A DNA stretch of 64,000 nt from a virus (Duplodnaviria > Caudoviricetes), in the IMG/VR virus record IMGVR_UViG_2836968376_000001; one strand, written 5' to 3'. Shown here piece after piece: positions 59,920 to 64,000 of the stretch (positions are counted from its first letter, which is position 1; every line of letters starts with the position of its first letter). Below the pieces are notes generated by a model, which had not been told where the DNA came from, did no database searches, and was given only the letters and a program-made list of their open reading frames with translations. The translations under genes were made by a program, and so were the position numbers.

Positions 59920-62900
59920 CGCTGAAAATATCTCAGAATGTGACAAACCCAACGCGCAGCGGCGCCATGCAGAAGCTGACCAACTTGACGCCGGGTACGG
60001 TTTATACGCTGTCCTCATACGTAAAGGCTACAGACACAAGCGGAGGCAACGGAGCCTGCCTATATGTTGCTTTTTTCGATAGCAATGGTAACGGTGCCGG
60101 ACCTGTAGCCGAGAGTAAGGGAATTTCCAAATCGACAGGAAACGAATGGCAAAGGCTTTCTGTGACCTTTACGGTTCCGACAAACGCAACCCGGGTAGAG
60201 GTATACGGCGGTTTGAGCTATGCGAACGGGACCGCCTGGTTTGACTGTCTCCAACTGGAAATTGGAAGTGCTGCCAACACCTACAACATGCTGGAAAACG
60301 GGGATTTCAATTATTACAATGAAAGCTACCAGCCCACAAGCTGGGGAACAACAAATTTTGCTTCGGGTGACGGCGTGTCCAACGGTTGGCTTCAGATTAA
60401 CGGAGGAACAGCGATTGCCAAAAATATTTATCAGGATGTTTCCATCAATAAGCCCGCCAGCCAGGTAACATTTTCCGTATCCGGCGAATCTGAGGCTGAT
60501 TCTGTCCCCTTAGGTGACAGCTCAACTTCCGGACGCTATTATGCGATTGATCTCGGACTCTTTTATTCGGACGGGACCCACGAATGGCAGTATATCAACT
60601 TTAATCCGGATACCAGCGGGATACAATATAACAGTGGGCCAATTTCTGCGTCCAGCCAACATCAGGGAAAGACCATTACCAAAGTAACCTATGACATCAT
60701 TTATTACAATAACTCAAATACCGCATTATTTAAAAGATTGACCCTGAATTTTGATCTGTCGAAAACGACCAACGAATACAACAGCAATGGGAACCTGACA
60801 AAGACCACTCAAGTCAATCAGGGTTCCGCTACCTATACATATCAGAATAACGAGGTAACGACTGCCATCCAGCCGGACGATACCGGAGGCGTTTACACTT
60901 ATGGCGGGAACGGGCATCCGGACGCTCCTCCCAAACCTCGCTGGGCAGCGTCTACTCGCATGATGACTATGGGAATGTCACAGATACGAAAACCGGAACC
61001 GTCAGCGGCGGAGCATTGGCCGGCGGGTCTTTCCTTGAAACCTCTCAAGCCTATGATTCGACCGGAAACTATGTGGCTTCCAGCACGGACGAGCGCGGAA
61101 AAGCAACCGCATATAACGTAAATTCGACAACCGGATTGCTCACATCGGTTGAAGGTCCCCAAAAAGAAGACGGCACCGATGGGACCCAAATCACTTATTC
61201 TTATGATTCCCTTAAACAGCTGACCGGCGTCTCCGCTGCGAATGGGAGCCAGACGGTCCAAAATCGATACGGATACGATGCTGCGGGCCGTCTGACGCAG
61301 ATCACGCATAACGGATTCAATTATACCATCGATCATGACGGTTACGGAAACGCGACAATATTTAATGCAGGCTCAAGAAACCTTCTCACCAAAATCTTTG
61401 CTTCCGGAAACGGGAATCTTCTTTCGTTAAAGTATAAGAATAACTCCGGCGATTTTGTATGGGGATACAATTACGACTCGCAGGACCGCGTGACCTCCGT
61501 TACGAAAAACGGCGCGACCGCTTATCTTTATCTCTACGACGCCCGTGGAAATCTCGCCAAGGTAACGGATCAAACGGTCTACGGAGGATTGACCACCACC
61601 TATTCCTATGACCCCAGCAATTACCTGATCAAAAGGGAATCTTCCAGCGGCGACACAATCGAATACAGCTATGACGATAAGAACCGCCCGAACGGCGAAT
61701 CGTATGTGTTTGACGATCAGAATGTTTCGACCGGCTACACCTACGGCAACGATAACCTGAAAGGCGTTACGAATCTGTCGACGGGCGACGTCGTTTCGCA
61801 CGCTTACGATTCGCTGAACCGTGAAATAGAAACCTCCATTCATTCCCCCGCGCCGCTTATGCCTTATCTTACAGCTCAGCGCACTTATGTCAGCGTCCCG
61901 GACAGCTCCAATAACAGGACGTCTTCCCTCATCGCCGATTATACAAATGCCACAGCCCCTTCGGATGGCGGCACGGCAACCGAACTTTCCCAATATAATT
62001 ATACCTATGACAACAATGAAAATATTAGGACGGTAACGGATCAGGACGGGAACGAAACCCGGTATACCTACGACCAGTTGAACCAGCTCGTCCGCGTGGA
62101 CGACCAGAAGAACAGCGTCAGCACGACTTACAGCTATGACGGAGGTGGAAACATCACCGGGACAAGCTCCCACGCTTACACCACGGGGACCCTTGGGGCT
62201 TCCACCGGGAGCACCTCCTATGCCTATGGGGACTCCGACTGGAAGGACCTGCTGACCGGCTACAACGGTCAGGGAATCACCTATGACGGCATCGGAAACC
62301 CACTGACCTATCGGAACGGGATGTCCTTTACCTGGGAAGGTCGGGAGTTGGTTTCAGCCGTTGCAAATAATCATCATGCGAGCTATACTTATGACGACAG
62401 CGGAATCCGCACTCAAAAGGTCGTCGACGGAACGATCACCGATTACTTTACGGAGAACGGCAGGATTCTGGCCCAGCGCAGCGGCGACGACGTCATGTGG
62501 TTCCAGTACGACAGCGACGGGACGCCGGTCGGCTTCACCTCCGGGGACGACGCCTACTACTATACCAAAAACGCGCAGGGCGACATCACCGGAATCGCCG
62601 GAGTCGACAACGGCGAATACAGGCTGCTGGTGGAGTATGACTATGATGTTTGGGGCAAGCTGCTCAGCACCACCGGAGAAAAGGCGGACACGCTTGGGGT
62701 GCAAAACCCGTTCCGTTATCGCAGTTACTACTACGACAACGAGACGGGACTCTACTACCTCAACAGCCGCTACTATGACCCACAGACCGGGAGATTCATC
62801 AGCGCGGATGATGCCGAAACTTTGCAGTCATCCCAGGGTGATGTACTTGGAACAAACTTATTTGCATATTGCGAGAATAATCCTGTGATGAATAGTGATC

Positions 62901-63325
62901 CGGATGGATATCTTTCTATTCCAGCTTGGATTGTTGGTACGTCATTGGACGTATTGTTTCTTGCTCTAAACTCCGCGATGATGGCGGGATATCTTTCTTT
63001 TAGTGGAACGATCTATGCCCTTGCAAGAAACCCATTTACAAAGAAACTTGCAATAAATCTAATTACGGATAAAGTAATTCCCGTGTTTGTCAGGGGCTTT
63101 TATAATCCAGCATTAACACTGATGCGAAAGGTAATGTGGAGGATTGCCGGGGTGACATTTCAACTGGGTAAAGGTAAGGGAATTGATTTCCTAGTAAATT
63201 CATTGAAAAACGGCGCGATGAATCATTTAGCTTCATTTGTTACAAGTATGTTATCTTGGGGTGGGATAATATCAATGGCTTTTGATATGGCAGATGGAAA
63301 TTGGGATGGATACGTTACGGTTTAA
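59904..63325 (+). pseudogene. Rhs/WapA-like YD-repeat toxin, 5'-truncated at IS and frameshifted near 60920
   Basis: CBM-like domains, YD repeats, NPFRYR.YYYD.ETGLYYLNSRYYDP..GRFIS.D, PV...DPDG. Confidence 0.9.
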
Positions 63326-63340
63326 ACGAGGTAAGGTATT

Positions 63341-64000
63341 ATGGGTAATATGAAAATTGAATGTTATCATAAAATAGGAATTACTATTTTGCTAAAAATT
63401 GATGATGATATGGTCGAATTTAAGGATGATAAAAAGAGCAAATCATTTATTAACTTAATTTTAGAAAATGGAAATCATGAAATAACATTTACCAAAGATT
63501 CATTTCTGAATCATTGGTATTGGTGGTTAAACATCTTTAATCCAATTTATGTGCTTTTGTTTCTGAAAAATGTAACAAAAGGAAATTTGGGGTATGACGA
63601 TGATTTCGCCTCTTGTACAGTTCATTTCACTGTCACCAATAACAAGGATATGAGTTTAAAAGCTGAACTAATTTCTCAAGAACACAACAAAAATGGAAAA
63701 CAGGGGGACTATTTTAAATTTAGTAATATAAAAGGCAAAAATGTTAATATTAAGTCTATAAAGACTAATAGGATGGAAAAAATCTTAATAAAAAGATGGC
63801 GCATTTCAAAAGGATTTCCTATTCCTTTTTACTGTATCTTAACTTATATAGCTTTAGCCATCAAGATGGTTAACAGTGAATTAGCATCCAACATTCCAAT
63901 TTTTATTTATATTCTGTTTTCTGCTATTTATTCTGTATACGCTTTAATTTCGGTATTCAAGAAAAGGAGTGTTGAAGAAAATTTGAAAGGTGCTAAATAG
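63341..64000 (+). CDS. Putative membrane immunity protein
   Basis: AT-rich, directly after toxin CT, hydrophobic segments. Confidence 0.65.
   Translation: MGNMKIECYHKIGITILLKIDDDMVEFKDDKKSKSFINLILENGNHEITFTKDSFLNHWYWWLNIFNPIYVLLFLKNVTKGNLGYDDDFASCTVHFTVTNNKDMSLKAELISQEHNKNGKQGDYFKFSNIKGKNVNIKSIKTNRMEKILIKRWRISKGFPIPFYCILTYIALAIKMVNSELASNIPIFIYILFSAIYSVYALISVFKKRSVEENLKGAK

Overview
Firmicutes (Clostridia-like) accessory region with no housekeeping genes, made of nested mobile DNA. (1) 1-~36609: right-hand part of a temperate prophage with an SPP1-like head and a PBSX/XkdK-type contractile tail. It runs from the recombination/replication module through late regulator, packaging, head, tail and lysis genes to a divergent RHH-regulated cassette and an unannotated type I toxin-antitoxin pair, and ends at the displaced 3' half of a tRNA-Leu(TAG) (att core); integrase and repressor must lie left of the window. 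(2) ~36611-43610: internally deleted ICE remnant: parA/parB, a three-gene secreted operon that looks like an undescribed sortase-free, donor-strand-type pilus, and a Rep-N/recombinase-C fusion marking the deletion. (3) ~43610-56230: second deleted phage-like island with a type III R-M system, Mu-Com-like zinc fingers with a repeated and structured RNA leader before a sigma-like gene, and serine recombinases. (4) ~56253-58350: TnpX-like recombinase element. (5) Frameshifted IS1182-family element with a 30-bp inverted repeat, followed by a 5'-truncated Rhs toxin with a hydrophobic C-terminus and a likely immunity gene. Best leads: the putative pilus operon, a two-TM ComEA-like phage protein beside the lysis genes, the Com-like/RNA switch, a 31x24-bp combinatorial coding repeat, and an HNH insertion that swapped the C-terminus of its host gene. 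All family assignments come from motif recognition by eye; no searches were run.
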